47,776 bases of DNA from Candidatus Undinarchaeales archaeon SRR5007147.bin71 (GTDB taxonomy: Archaea > Undinarchaeota > Undinarchaeia > Undinarchaeales > Undinarchaeaceae), in NCBI GenBank assembly GCA_014189675.1, contig DVAE01000001.1, positions 1 through 47,776 on the forward strand, given 5' to 3'. The notes below the pieces were generated by a model. That model was not told the DNA's origin. It did not search any database and worked only from the letters and a program-made list of their open reading frames with translations. Position numbers and translations under genes: made by a program. Positions 36,668 to 46,450 of the stretch are shown piece by piece; position 1 is the stretch's first letter, and every line of letters starts with the position of its first letter.

Positions 36668-39075
36668 TATTCTATCCACACTCCTATTTTCTCGCCGACA
36701 ATTATAGATTCTCCTTTTCCTTTACCTGCTTCAACAGAATCTGCACGGGCTGCTCCTTTTAAATCCAAAAGAATGGGTTCCAAAAGCTTATTGTCGCAAT
36801 CAACTATGACTCTACTTATCTCCTTCCCTAAAGATAATCCTTTCCCCTGTTTATGCTGTCTTACAGCGGCAACTATGGAAATCAGCAAATCACCAGATGC
36901 TTCAGCTTCTTCATCTATTAGTGACTTGTCAAATTCAGGCCAGCTTTCAAGATGTATGCTTGGGCTCCCTCCCTTCTTGAAAAAGATTTGATACAATTCC
37001 TCTGTAATATGTGGCATGAAGGGAGCCATCATCTTTATACACTGAAGGGATGCCTCTCCAAGGGTGTATTGAGCCCCTGTACGCTCGTCTTTTCCGTATT
37101 TATCGGGATTATACAACCTATCCTTTGCAATTTCAAGGTAGTTGTCGCAAAAGGTGCCAAGATAGAAGGATTCTACCGCACTCTTTGCCTTTGAATACGC
37201 GTAGACATCAAAAGACTCTGTAGATTCCTTCACAAGTTTTGCAAGTTTAGAGAGGAGCCATTTATCAAGAACTCTAGTTCTTTTCCGTTCTTCATTATAA
37301 TCCTCAAGATGCATATTGGAGAATTTTGTAGCATTCCACATTTTGTTAATAAATTTAAGCCCTGTAACAAGGTCCTTCTCCTGGAAGGGCATATCATCCC
37401 CTAGTTTTGAGCCAGCGGCCCAGAAACGAATTGCATCTGCGCTATATTTTTCAATCATATCCTGCGGCCTGATGACATTCCCTCGAGACTTGCTCATTTT
37501 TCTTCCACGTGGGTCAAGCGCCCATCCAGATATTGTAACATCTTTCCAAGGAATACTATCTTCATGGAAATGGCTTTTCACAACAGTGTTAAACAACCAA
37601 AATGCAATAATATCATGAGCTTGTGGTCTCAAATCCATTGGGAAGAGCCTGTCTTTAAGTTTTGGATGAAGTCCAATCGCTATCTGTGGAGTCAGGGAAG
37701 AAGTAGCCCATGTGTCAAGAGTATCTTTTTCCGGAATGAATTTCTTACTTCCACATTTGCATGGTTTTTTAGGAGAATCCTTTAAAGGATCTATTGGTAG
37801 GTCTTTTTCACTAGGGAGTAAAACTTCCTCACATTCAGTGCAGTACCACACAGGGATTGGAATTCCAAAGTAACGTTGCCGTGAAATGCACCAGTCCCAT
37901 TGCAGACCCCCAACCCAATTATCATATCGGTTTTTCATAAACTCAGGAGTCCAGTTAAGCTCTTTGCCAAGCTCAATGAATTTGTCTTTTAAATGCAGAT
38001 ATTTTATGAACCACTGTACAGAATTTATTATTTCAATAGTGGTTCCACAGCGTTCATGGGTGTTTACTGCATGAGTAATTGCTTTCTGACTCCGTATGAG
38101 CTTAGAAGCCTTCAAGTCAGAAAGGATGGCCTTTCTGGCTTCATCTATTTTCATTCCGGCGTATTTTCCGGCAGATTCAGTCATTTTTCCGTCCTTTCCT
38201 ATAGATTCTATAAGTTCCAGATTGTGCGCAAGGTACCACTCTATGTCAGTAAGATCTCCAAATGTGCAGCACATTACAAGACCTGTCCCTTTCTCAAGTT
38301 CTACACGACTATCTTCACGGATTTCAACTTCCTGATTGAAGAGGGGGACTCTTACCTTCTTCCCAACAAGTTTCTTGGCTTTTTTGTCATCAGGATGAAT
38401 AAAAATAGAAACGCAGGAAGAAAGAAGCTCAGGTCTTGTTGTAGATATCACAATATCTGAACCATCTTCAAGCTTGAAGATAATATCACTAAATGTACTC
38501 TCAAAGTCTTTGTCGTCCATTTCGACCTGAGAAACCGCCATAGTACATTTAGGACACCAGGTTATTGGGGCCTCTTTTCTGTATTCATGACCTGCAAGAT
38601 ACAGGTCAATAAAAGACTTCTGTGATATTCTTCTGGAATGCTCATCAATCGTTGAATAGAACAATGACCAGTCACAGCTTATTCCAATTTTTTTCCAGTC
38701 CTGAATATATTTTGGTCTTAAATCTTCTAAAACATTCAGACACATTTTGATAAATTTCTCTCTCCCTATTTTTTCAGCCTTGACACCTTTTATTTTCTCT
38801 ACAAGAAGATTTGTTGCAATCCCATTATCGTCTGTTCCAAAGGGATAAAACAAATTATAGCCCCTCATTCTTTTATATCTGGCAATGAAGTCCATTTGAG
38901 AATAAGAAAATGTATGGCCAATATGCATTTCTCCTGAAACGGTTGGAGGAGGTGTATCTATAGAAAAGATTGGCTTTTTGCTCTTGGGGTTAAATTTGTA
39001 AATTTTTTCTGAATCCCAGAACTCCTGTAGCCTTTGTTCGGCTTCTTTTGGGTCGTATATTTTTTTCTCTGCCAT
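36667..39075 (-). CDS. valS: Valine--tRNA ligase (archaeal type)
   Basis: DTPPPTVSG..HIGH, DWCISRQR.FG, LRPQAHDII and KMSKS motifs. Confidence 0.97.
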   Translation of the reverse strand: MAEKKIYDPKEAEQRLQEFWDSEKIYKFNPKSKKPIFSIDTPPPTVSGEMHIGHTFSYSQMDFIARYKRMRGYNLFYPFGTDDNGIATNLLVEKIKGVKAEKIGREKFIKMCLNVLEDLRPKYIQDWKKIGISCDWSLFYSTIDEHSRRISQKSFIDLYLAGHEYRKEAPITWCPKCTMAVSQVEMDDKDFESTFSDIIFKLEDGSDIVISTTRPELLSSCVSIFIHPDDKKAKKLVGKKVRVPLFNQEVEIREDSRVELEKGTGLVMCCTFGDLTDIEWYLAHNLELIESIGKDGKMTESAGKYAGMKIDEARKAILSDLKASKLIRSQKAITHAVNTHERCGTTIEIINSVQWFIKYLHLKDKFIELGKELNWTPEFMKNRYDNWVGGLQWDWCISRQRYFGIPIPVWYCTECEEVLLPSEKDLPIDPLKDSPKKPCKCGSKKFIPEKDTLDTWATSSLTPQIAIGLHPKLKDRLFPMDLRPQAHDIIAFWLFNTVVKSHFHEDSIPWKDVTISGWALDPRGRKMSKSRGNVIRPQDMIEKYSADAIRFWAAGSKLGDDMPFQEKDLVTGLKFINKMWNATKFSNMHLEDYNEERKRTRVLDKWLLSKLAKLVKESTESFDVYAYSKAKSAVESFYLGTFCDNYLEIAKDRLYNPDKYGKDERTGAQYTLGEASLQCIKMMAPFMPHITEELYQIFFKKGGSPSIHLESWPEFDKSLIDEEAEASGDLLISIVAAVRQHKQGKGLSLGKEISRVIVDCDNKLLEPILLDLKGAARADSVEAGKGKGESIIVGEKIGVWIE

Positions 39076-39115
39076 TCTGAAACAAATAGATAAGATGATA
39101 TAAAAACTTAGCAGG

Positions 39116-39946
39116 TCAGACCCCAGTTATTCTTATTGGTTTTGGGCTTCCAAATGTCTTCAGAGTTGACTGGTCATGATCTTTCATTGATATGACCATA
39201 CCATCTTCGGCTGCTATGGTTCTTATACCAGTAGTGTCGTTAACTCTTTTCGCTTCTCCAATAGGACCGATTTTTAAAATTCTGAGGCCGAAATAACTCA
39301 TTATTGCAAGTTTCGGCTTAACAGCATCAACAAGCTTTATTATGTCGTCAGAGCAGAGATGATAAGGAATACGTTCATTTCCAGGGCGTGTTGCATTCAT
39401 AATCAAGACATCCGTCCCTTTAAATTGCTCTGAAAGTCCATCAAAATATGAAGTGTCAGAAGTGTAGGAAATTGTTCCGCATTTTGCCTTCATTTTAAAA
39501 CCAATTGTAGTAGAATCTTTATGCTCAGCTCCAGTAAAAAGAAAATCAACACCATTAACAACAGCAAGATCTTCCCTTGCCATATTTAGGCACTCAAAAA
39601 CCTGTCTTTTGTGGAAATCTGATACAATTGGTCCATTTTCCTCAACTTTCTCAAAAACAGATTTTGAACCAATTACAGATCCCCTCTTCTCTGTAAGCCC
39701 GCGAGTCATTGCTTCGATTGCAACATTTGTTTCAGTGGAATGATCAACATGAGCGTGACTTACAAATATTGCATCAACTTTTTGAGGATCTTGTCCATAT
39801 TGTTTTGACCTTGCAAGGTATCCAGGACCAGGATCAACTGCAAGATTCATCTCCTCAAGATTTAGCCTAAATCCTCCAGTTGCACGTTTCTGAGTTATGG
39901 TTGACCATCGTCCTCCACCAGTTCCAAGAAAAACAATCTCATTCAT
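39116..39946 (-). CDS. Metallo-beta-lactamase fold hydrolase
   Basis: FLGTGGGR, VDPGPG, SHAHVDH and YTSDT motifs. Confidence 0.9.
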   Translation of the reverse strand: MNEIVFLGTGGGRWSTITQKRATGGFRLNLEEMNLAVDPGPGYLARSKQYGQDPQKVDAIFVSHAHVDHSTETNVAIEAMTRGLTEKRGSVIGSKSVFEKVEENGPIVSDFHKRQVFECLNMAREDLAVVNGVDFLFTGAEHKDSTTIGFKMKAKCGTISYTSDTSYFDGLSEQFKGTDVLIMNATRPGNERIPYHLCSDDIIKLVDAVKPKLAIMSYFGLRILKIGPIGEAKRVNDTTGIRTIAAEDGMVISMKDHDQSTLKTFGSPKPIRITGV

Positions 39947-40026
39947 GCAAAAACTTTGTAAAAGCGTCTTTATTAGAGTTTGTATAGAAGCTTTTATTTA
40001 TCATTGGCAAGATTTTGAGGTATTAT

Positions 40027-40100
40027 GGGCCCTTAGCTCAGATCGATAGAGTGCCGCTTTCGCATGGTGGAGGCCACGAGTTCAAATCTCGCAGGGTCCA
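40027..40100 (+). tRNA. tRNA-Ala(CGC) with non-canonical positions
   Basis: Acceptor GGGCCCT/AGGGTCC with G3-U70, anticodon loop TTCGCAT and T loop TTCAAAT. The D loop lacks GG and the T stem has an A.C mismatch. Confidence 0.88.
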
Positions 40101-40101
40101 C

Positions 40102-40878
40102 TTATATCTTTTCTAGAACAAGATTGTGCAATTTATCATTTGCACTCGCAAGAACATTTGTAGTATTCACTTGAAAATTTCTAAAATCAAAATCTTTGTT
40201 TTCAAAATCACTTACAGGGCAACCGGCCTGTCTGCATATGTATATGGCTGCAGAAACATCAATAAGTCTTGGAACTCCAGAGTGCATAAGAAAATCAAAG
40301 CTTCCGTCAGCAACTCTGCAAAATTCCAGAGCAAGAGAGCCATAAGTCCTGTAATTTTTTGTGGACATACAAATTTTTGAGACAGTGTCGCGTCCTTTTT
40401 TGGAAGAATCCGGAGATCTGTGCAATAGGGAAGACCTCAACTCAGTAGAACTATTCCCTTTTATTTTATTTCCATTTTTGAAGGCTCCTTTTTCAGATGC
40501 AAAATATGTATTGTCGCTAACGACATTGTGAACGTATCCTGCAATTGGCTTGAAGTTCAGGTCGAGAATTCCTAAAGATACTGAAAAGTAGCCAACTCCT
40601 TTCTTAAAATTGAAAGAACCATCAAGAGGGTCAACAACAGCATAATATTCTGGATTTTCTACTTCGAGAAGTCCCTGTTCTTCAGTAAGTATGGAAAATT
40701 TTCCGGCATTGTTAAAAGAATCTACAATAGCTTTTTCAGCTTCAATGTCAGCAAGCATTGTAATATCACCGCCTGCTCCAGCCATTACCTCCCGCTTTCC
40801 GTCTTCAGTAAGATAATATGATTTCAGAACACCAGAGGCTTTCTCTCCAATTTCAGTCAGTAGTTTTTCCCAGTTCAT
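40102..40878 (-). CDS. Inositol monophosphatase / FBPase class IV family protein
   Basis: GAGGD.T..AD..AE, TEE, DPLDGSFNF and R..D..AA motifs. Confidence 0.9.
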   Translation of the reverse strand: MNWEKLLTEIGEKASGVLKSYYLTEDGKREVMAGAGGDITMLADIEAEKAIVDSFNNAGKFSILTEEQGLLEVENPEYYAVVDPLDGSFNFKKGVGYFSVSLGILDLNFKPIAGYVHNVVSDNTYFASEKGAFKNGNKIKGNSSTELRSSLLHRSPDSSKKGRDTVSKICMSTKNYRTYGSLALEFCRVADGSFDFLMHSGVPRLIDVSAAIYICRQAGCPVSDFENKDFDFRNFQVNTTNVLASANDKLHNLVLEKI

Positions 40879-42527
40879 TTTTTATCTGTCTTCCGAGTAA
40901 GTTTTTTCCCCTCATATTCAATGTCTTCAAGAAGATCTCTTATATGGTTCTCCTTCCAACCATAAGATTTTAAATGCTCAGTTATGTAGTGTGTATCATG
41001 ACCTTGTTTTATGGCTACTTTAACATAATTTTTCATTTTAGTATGAGTTTTCTTCTTTAAGGACTTTCCAATCATTCTGAAAAAAACTTTACGATATTTC
41101 CTTGCTTCTTCATCATTAAGAATAACATATGTTATGTAAGAACCGAACAATATAAGGAGGGCCAAACCAAGAGTCCACGAAATACTTGGATACTCGTCAG
41201 AAAGAAGAAATTCATCAAATTCCCAGTCAGATTCATTGATAGTAGGAATATCTCCACTTATGGAGCTTGGCCGTTCTATATCAGATCTAAAATCAGGTGC
41301 AAAGATGGTAAGAGACCTTGTAGAAGGAGAGTATGTAGCTCCTTGCTCATTCGTGCACTTCACAGTCCAGGACAATAAACCAGGAGAAATCACTACATCA
41401 GAAAAGCGATTTGACTGATTTGTGAAAAAAATGCTTGATTTTTCTCTTGCAACCCCATTAATTAACAATGTGCATGCGTCCAATTCTCCAGCATATGACA
41501 AGTCATAGACAAATGTCACATTTGAGGTAATAAGCTCACTCATGTGAGCAGGAGACTTAAGACTCACAGAAAGGTGTGTAGTCAGTGGTATGAACTCTAC
41601 AGTCAAATTCATCGCCCCTTTTGATCTTGCACTGTAACCATTTGAATTTACGCAACGGACATACCAGGTCCAGTTTCCTCTTTTAAGGACTACATCAAAG
41701 GAATTATTGGCGTTTGCATCTACACTCGTTGATTGATTCTCGAATGTATCGTTAGTGAAAAGAGAGCAACCTACAACAGGACTTGAGCTGGAAACATAAT
41801 ATTTGAATGTGATATCATTTATCAAAAGTTTGGAATTATTTTCAGGAGAAAGTGCTGTCACATTTATTTGAGTCGGCTCAGATTCTGATTCGTGGCTCAA
41901 AATACCTGACCACTCTGTATAATTATTACGATCAGTACAGCTAGCATTCCAAAGCCAGTCTCCCTTTGCGAGATAAAATTGGAAGGATAGTTTAGAATTG
42001 TTCTGGACGTTTGTAGACTTAGATGTATATTCTCCGCTTCCGATGTCTATACTACACTCCCGGAGTCCGGAATGTAAATCATATGGTACGAAAGAGAATG
42101 TTGAAAGACCGCTACTGTTGTCACTTGTTTCGTTAAAGCTTCCCAGGACTGGCTTTGTTACATCCTCCTCTACAATAAGGGTACGAGGAGTACTTGAGTT
42201 TCTACGATTAGTGAATGTATCCATACATTCAACTTTCCAAGTATAAGTCCCGTTTGTAATATTGATATCTCTAAAGTAGTTGTCAGTATTGTTGTTTATA
42301 TTCTGATTTATTTTCGCTACGGAACTATTGAGCCACAGCTTGCACCATAATATTTCGGAGGCATCAATTGCTTTGAATGTGAAATTAACATACTCGAAAT
42401 AGGATTTATAACCCTGAACAGGGGAAGACACACTTATCTCTGGGCTATTGCTTTCAAGAGCATATGCAGAATTCACAAAGAGAAATAAAGCAAACAAACA
42501 CCCAAACATAAGTCCTGCCTTTTTCAT
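40875..42527 (-). CDS. Cell-surface protein: signal peptide, four Cys-paired Ig-like repeats, TM and cytoplasmic tail
   Basis: Signal peptide (MKKAGL...SAYA), four repeats of C.(L/I)...G...W...C, many N-x-S/T sequons and a TM near the C-terminus. Confidence 0.8.
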   Translation of the reverse strand: MKKAGLMFGCLFALFLFVNSAYALESNSPEISVSSPVQGYKSYFEYVNFTFKAIDASEILWCKLWLNSSVAKINQNINNNTDNYFRDINITNGTYTWKVECMDTFTNRRNSSTPRTLIVEEDVTKPVLGSFNETSDNSSGLSTFSFVPYDLHSGLRECSIDIGSGEYTSKSTNVQNNSKLSFQFYLAKGDWLWNASCTDRNNYTEWSGILSHESESEPTQINVTALSPENNSKLLINDITFKYYVSSSSPVVGCSLFTNDTFENQSTSVDANANNSFDVVLKRGNWTWYVRCVNSNGYSARSKGAMNLTVEFIPLTTHLSVSLKSPAHMSELITSNVTFVYDLSYAGELDACTLLINGVAREKSSIFFTNQSNRFSDVVISPGLLSWTVKCTNEQGATYSPSTRSLTIFAPDFRSDIERPSSISGDIPTINESDWEFDEFLLSDEYPSISWTLGLALLILFGSYITYVILNDEEARKYRKVFFRMIGKSLKKKTHTKMKNYVKVAIKQGHDTHYITEHLKSYGWKENHIRDLLEDIEYEGKKLTRKTDKK

Positions 42528-42608
42528 AATGCGTTTAAAGCGACCGCCGTTAAAAGCATTTCTGTCCAATCAAAACTTTTAAATGCAGATGAATACACAA
42601 TATTGCTT

Positions 42609-43358
42609 ATGAATATAACAGCGAGAGGTAGTGCGTATTTCATATTGTTAGCTTTCTTTTTATTAAGTGCAGGAATGCTTGCCTCTGAATCTGAGCTGAC
42701 TGCGAAACTTACAGGAAAGGTGGTTGGAGCCCCTGACTGTATTTCTACCTTAAAAATGACACCCGGACATGCTGAGATTGTCCTTGCCCCAGGAAGTTCT
42801 GCGGAAACAACACTCACAATCAGTGATGTTCAGTGCGGAGCATCATATATACGGCTTGATGTAGAAGATCTTCCATCAGAATATTTTGAGTTTGCCCCAT
42901 CATACTTAAGAACATTGACACCAGGAGATACTGGAAGATTCATAATCTATCTTGACATACCACTTGATGCTGAATACAAGGCCTATACAGCAACATACAA
43001 GCTTTACACCAGTGAGGGACGATATGCAGGACCTGAACTCACTCTATCAATAGAGGATGTGGAAAAACCTCAGCTTAGAGCCAGAACAGAGTCTATTACA
43101 GAAGGAAGTCCTTCAGAGAAAGAGTCAATGGATAACAGTCAGTTTTGGTGGCTGATTATGCTAGGAGCTGTAGTCTTTGTGGCTGCAATATATGCATCAG
43201 AGTATTTTGAGAAGAAACTTCACGAAAACGAAGAAAAAAGAAAAAGACCATCACACGGGAAAACCACACTCAGATCCCTCGTAAAAAAGGACCGGAAAAA
43301 GGAAGAACTCAACATAAAAAGAGTCTCAAAAGCTCTGAAGAAAGGAAAGAAGAGATAA
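42609..43358 (+). CDS. Membrane-anchored exported protein with a predicted beta-sandwich domain and basic tail
   Basis: Signal-like N-terminus, beta-rich domain, TM (FWWLIMLGAVVFVAAI) and Lys/Arg-rich C-terminus. Confidence 0.7.
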   Translation: MNITARGSAYFILLAFFLLSAGMLASESELTAKLTGKVVGAPDCISTLKMTPGHAEIVLAPGSSAETTLTISDVQCGASYIRLDVEDLPSEYFEFAPSYLRTLTPGDTGRFIIYLDIPLDAEYKAYTATYKLYTSEGRYAGPELTLSIEDVEKPQLRARTESITEGSPSEKESMDNSQFWWLIMLGAVVFVAAIYASEYFEKKLHENEEKRKRPSHGKTTLRSLVKKDRKKEELNIKRVSKALKKGKKR

Positions 43359-43402
43359 ACAAAAGCTTTTTAAGCAAGGTGAAAGAAAGAGGGTAATCTA
43401 TT

Positions 43403-43750
43403 ATGAAAGACAGCTTTGCTACAGCAATTATGGGCGAACTGGAGAGAGCAGGACGTGGAAAGGACGAGAAATTCCTGGGGAATATATCCCGACTAATGGG
43501 AAAACCGCGAAAAAATCTTGCCACTGTCAACCTTTCAAAACTTGACAGAATTACAAAAAAAGGGGAAGTTATTGTAGTCCCGGGGAAACTATTGGGAACA
43601 GGTTCACTAGATCACAAACTAGAGATATACTCATTTGGAGCATCCAAAGCGGCTGTGGTAGGTGTGGAAAAGTCAGGGGGAAGCATTTCCCCTATACTTG
43701 AAATTGCAAAGAAACATCCAAAAGGGACTGGAGTAAGGATAATAAAATGA
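43403..43750 (+). CDS. rpl18e: 50S ribosomal protein eL18
   Basis: VNLSKL.R, VVPGKLLGTG and P.G.GV.II motifs. Confidence 0.93.
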   Translation: MKDSFATAIMGELERAGRGKDEKFLGNISRLMGKPRKNLATVNLSKLDRITKKGEVIVVPGKLLGTGSLDHKLEIYSFGASKAAVVGVEKSGGSISPILEIAKKHPKGTGVRIIK

Positions 43751-44169
43751 CAATCATAGACGGAACAAATTTGAGACTTGGGCGTCTTGCAAGTAATGTT
43801 GCAAAACGAGCCCTAAGTGGAGAAGAAATTATAATATTAAATTCTGAAAAGTGTGTTATAACAGGAGAAAAAAAGAGTGTGATTAAAGATAAAAGGGTGA
43901 TGAGACAGATAGGAAGTAGATACAAAGGGCCCTTTCTGCCAAAAAGAGCAGACAGGATAGTCAAAAGAGCTATAAGAGGAATGCTGCCTTATAAAAAGAA
44001 AAGAGGGCGAGAAGCTATGGGAAGAATCAGGACCTATATTGGTATACCGGACGAATTTGCAGAACAGGTAAAGGACTTAGAGACTGTAGAAAACGCAGAA
44101 CTAGGAGCTGTAATGAAGAAAAACTACATAACGGTTGAAACTCTCTCTAAGGAGGCAGGATACACATAA
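43747..44169 (+). CDS. rpl13: 50S ribosomal protein uL13
   Basis: LGRLAS.VAK, GPF.P and RAIRGMLPYK..RG motifs. Confidence 0.95.
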   Translation: MTIIDGTNLRLGRLASNVAKRALSGEEIIILNSEKCVITGEKKSVIKDKRVMRQIGSRYKGPFLPKRADRIVKRAIRGMLPYKKKRGREAMGRIRTYIGIPDEFAEQVKDLETVENAELGAVMKKNYITVETLSKEAGYT

Positions 44170-44585
44170 TGGCAAAGAAAGCTGAGACAGGTGTAATAGC
44201 AACTGGAAAGAAAAAAACAGCAACAGCAAGAGCGAGTTTTAAAGAAGGAAGAGGGAATATAATAATAAATTCACAACCTCTTGAGCAGTGGGGATCTGAT
44301 TATGAGAGGGGAATGATAACAGAGCCACTTCAAATAGCTCAGAGCTACATTTCAAACTGTGATATAAGTATAAATGTTGCAGGAGGGGGCCGTGTGGGCC
44401 AGGCAGTGGCAACACGAACAGCTGTAGCAAGAGGAATTTATAAATGGTCAAAGAATAATGAAAAGTTAAGGCAAGCTTTTCTAGAGTATGATAACAAACT
44501 TCTAGCAGGAGACTCCAGACTAAAAGAAGCTTGCAAACCAGGTCGTTCAAAGGCTCGTGCAAGGAGGCAAAAGTCGTACAGGTGA
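44169..44585 (+). CDS. rps9: 30S ribosomal protein uS9
   Basis: [15 protein letters not shown] and [10 protein letters not shown] motifs. Confidence 0.96.
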   Translation: MAKKAETGVIATGKKKTATARASFKEGRGNIIINSQPLEQWGSDYERGMITEPLQIAQSYISNCDISINVAGGGRVGQAVATRTAVARGIYKWSKNNEKLRQAFLEYDNKLLAGDSRLKEACKPGRSKARARRQKSYR

Positions 44586-44589
44586 TACT

Positions 44590-44784
44590 ATGATAATTCC
44601 AATTCGTTGTTTTACATGTGGAAAACCAATTGCCTCAGAGTATGAGGAATACAAAAAAAGAGTGGAAGCTGGAGAGAAAGCACAGGAAGTAATGGACTCC
44701 CTTAAGCTCAGCAGATACTGCTGCAGGAGAATGTTGGTTTCACAAGTTGACCTTATAGATGAAGTTGCTCAGTTCAAATACTGA
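44590..44784 (+). CDS. rpo10: RNA polymerase subunit Rpo10 (archaeal subunit N)
   Basis: [12 protein letters not shown]...RYCCRRM; ATG at 44590. Confidence 0.96.
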   Translation: MIIPIRCFTCGKPIASEYEEYKKRVEAGEKAQEVMDSLKLSRYCCRRMLVSQVDLIDEVAQFKY

Positions 44785-46230
44785 TTAATAACTTTTAGAA
44801 AAATAAGCTCTATGTTGAGACTTTTTACCACATAGAACACATTTGCCACTTCCTTTTCCTTTATTAAAAGGTATACAGCGTACTGTCGCGGTCGTCTCCT
44901 CCTGTATCTTTATCTCGCAGTCTTCAGAACCGCACCATTGTGCGATAATGAAACCTCTGGAACTGTCCATTACTTTTTTGAATTCAGTATAGGACTTTAC
45001 TTCATGTGTATTATTTTTGAGGAATTTCCGTGCTGAGGAAAGCATATCTTTCTGCATTTTTTCAAGCTCAGTAGTAACAAATGTCCTGAGTTCTGAAAGT
45101 TTTACAAATGATTTCGTACCTGTGTCCCGACGGACAACAACGGCTTGTTTCTTTTCGACATCTTTAGGACCAATCTCTATTCTGAGAGGGACACCTACAA
45201 GCTCCCATTCATTGAATTTCCAGCCTGCTGAATAATTCTCGCGGTCATCGAAATGAACTGCGATATCTTTTGAAAGCTTATCTACAATTTTTCTGGACGC
45301 AGCCAGCACCTTCTTTTTTGAATCCTCAAATAATATAGGAACCACCACAGCCTTTGTATCTGCAATTTTTGGAGGAAGAACCAGACCTTTATCATCTCCG
45401 TGCACCATAATGAGAGCTCCAATAAGCCGTGTACTGACCCCCCATGAAGTTTGCCAAGCGAACTTTTCTTTTTCATCTTTGTCTATAAATTTAATTCCGA
45501 ATGCCTTGGAGAAATTCTGGCCAAGATTGTGTGAAGTTCCCATTTGAAGGGCCTTTCCATCAGGCATAAGGGCTTCTATAGCCGTCGTTGTCAGTGCACC
45601 TGCAAACCTTTCACGGTCTGTCTTAAGCCCTTGAATAACAGGAATAGCGAGAAGAGTCTCACAGAGATCCTTATAGGTATCGAGCTGCTGCCTCACTTCG
45701 ATATCTGCCTCCTCTCTTGTTGCGTGAACAGTATGACCTTCCTGCCAGAGAAATTCTCTGGTCCTCAGAAATAGTTTTGTCATTTTTGTTTCGTATCTGA
45801 ATACAGAGCACCAGACATTGAGAAGAAGTGGAAGCTCGCGCCAGCTCTTAATCCATTTTGAATAGGAATCATACATTATTGTCTCTGAAGTCGGGCGAAG
45901 TGCTAGGCGCTCTTCAAGATCATTTTCGCCCTCCTGTGTTACCCAGAAAGCTTCTGGGGCAAAGCCTTCAATGTGCTGAGCCTCTTTAGTTAAAAAATTT
46001 TCAGGAATAAGAGCAGGGAAATATGAATTTCGGTGACCTGTTTCCTTAAAACGGGCATCAAGATAGGACTGAATTTTTTCCCAGATATTATAGCCATTTG
46101 GCCTTATTGCCATAAAGCCCTTGATTGCTGTGAAATCTGCCAGCTCTGCCTTCAGAACAAGTTGGTTGTACCACTCACCAAAGTCATCGTCCTTCTTGAC
46201 TGTTATTCCAGCTGTCTGATCTTCTGCCAT
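44785..46230 (-). CDS. proS: Proline--tRNA ligase (archaeal/eukaryotic type)
   Basis: RPTSET, FLRTREFLWQEGHT, GTSH.LGQNF, SWG.STR and C-terminal Zn domain ending KSY. Confidence 0.97.
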   Translation of the reverse strand: MAEDQTAGITVKKDDDFGEWYNQLVLKAELADFTAIKGFMAIRPNGYNIWEKIQSYLDARFKETGHRNSYFPALIPENFLTKEAQHIEGFAPEAFWVTQEGENDLEERLALRPTSETIMYDSYSKWIKSWRELPLLLNVWCSVFRYETKMTKLFLRTREFLWQEGHTVHATREEADIEVRQQLDTYKDLCETLLAIPVIQGLKTDRERFAGALTTTAIEALMPDGKALQMGTSHNLGQNFSKAFGIKFIDKDEKEKFAWQTSWGVSTRLIGALIMVHGDDKGLVLPPKIADTKAVVVPILFEDSKKKVLAASRKIVDKLSKDIAVHFDDRENYSAGWKFNEWELVGVPLRIEIGPKDVEKKQAVVVRRDTGTKSFVKLSELRTFVTTELEKMQKDMLSSARKFLKNNTHEVKSYTEFKKVMDSSRGFIIAQWCGSEDCEIKIQEETTATVRCIPFNKGKGSGKCVLCGKKSQHRAYFSKSY

Positions 46231-46265
46231 GCTTTTCCTAAAGCCTTGTTCTTTAATAAGTTTAA

Positions 46266-46450
46266 TGGGGCTGGAGAGATTTATAACCCACCTTTTTCCA
46301 GAGGAAAAAGTTGGACCAAAAAGCCTCGCCCTGCTCGGCTATTCTTGAGTGGGGCTGGAGAGATTTATAACCCACCTTTTTCCAGAGGAAAAAGTTGGAC
46401 CAAAAAGCCTCGCCCTGCTCGGCTATTCTTGAGTGGGGCTGGAGAGATTT
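46266..46450 (-). repeat. tRNA-linked tandem repeat: two identical 84-bp units plus a third copy of the 17-bp tRNA-Pro 3' end
   Basis: TGGGGCTGGAGAGATTT occurs at 46266, 46350 and 46434 (84-bp period), separated by identical 67-bp spacers. Confidence 0.95.

Noticed and set aside
46266..46450. CRISPR array
   Set aside because: The spacers are identical, the 17-bp repeat is the tRNA-Pro 3' end, and no cas genes are present.
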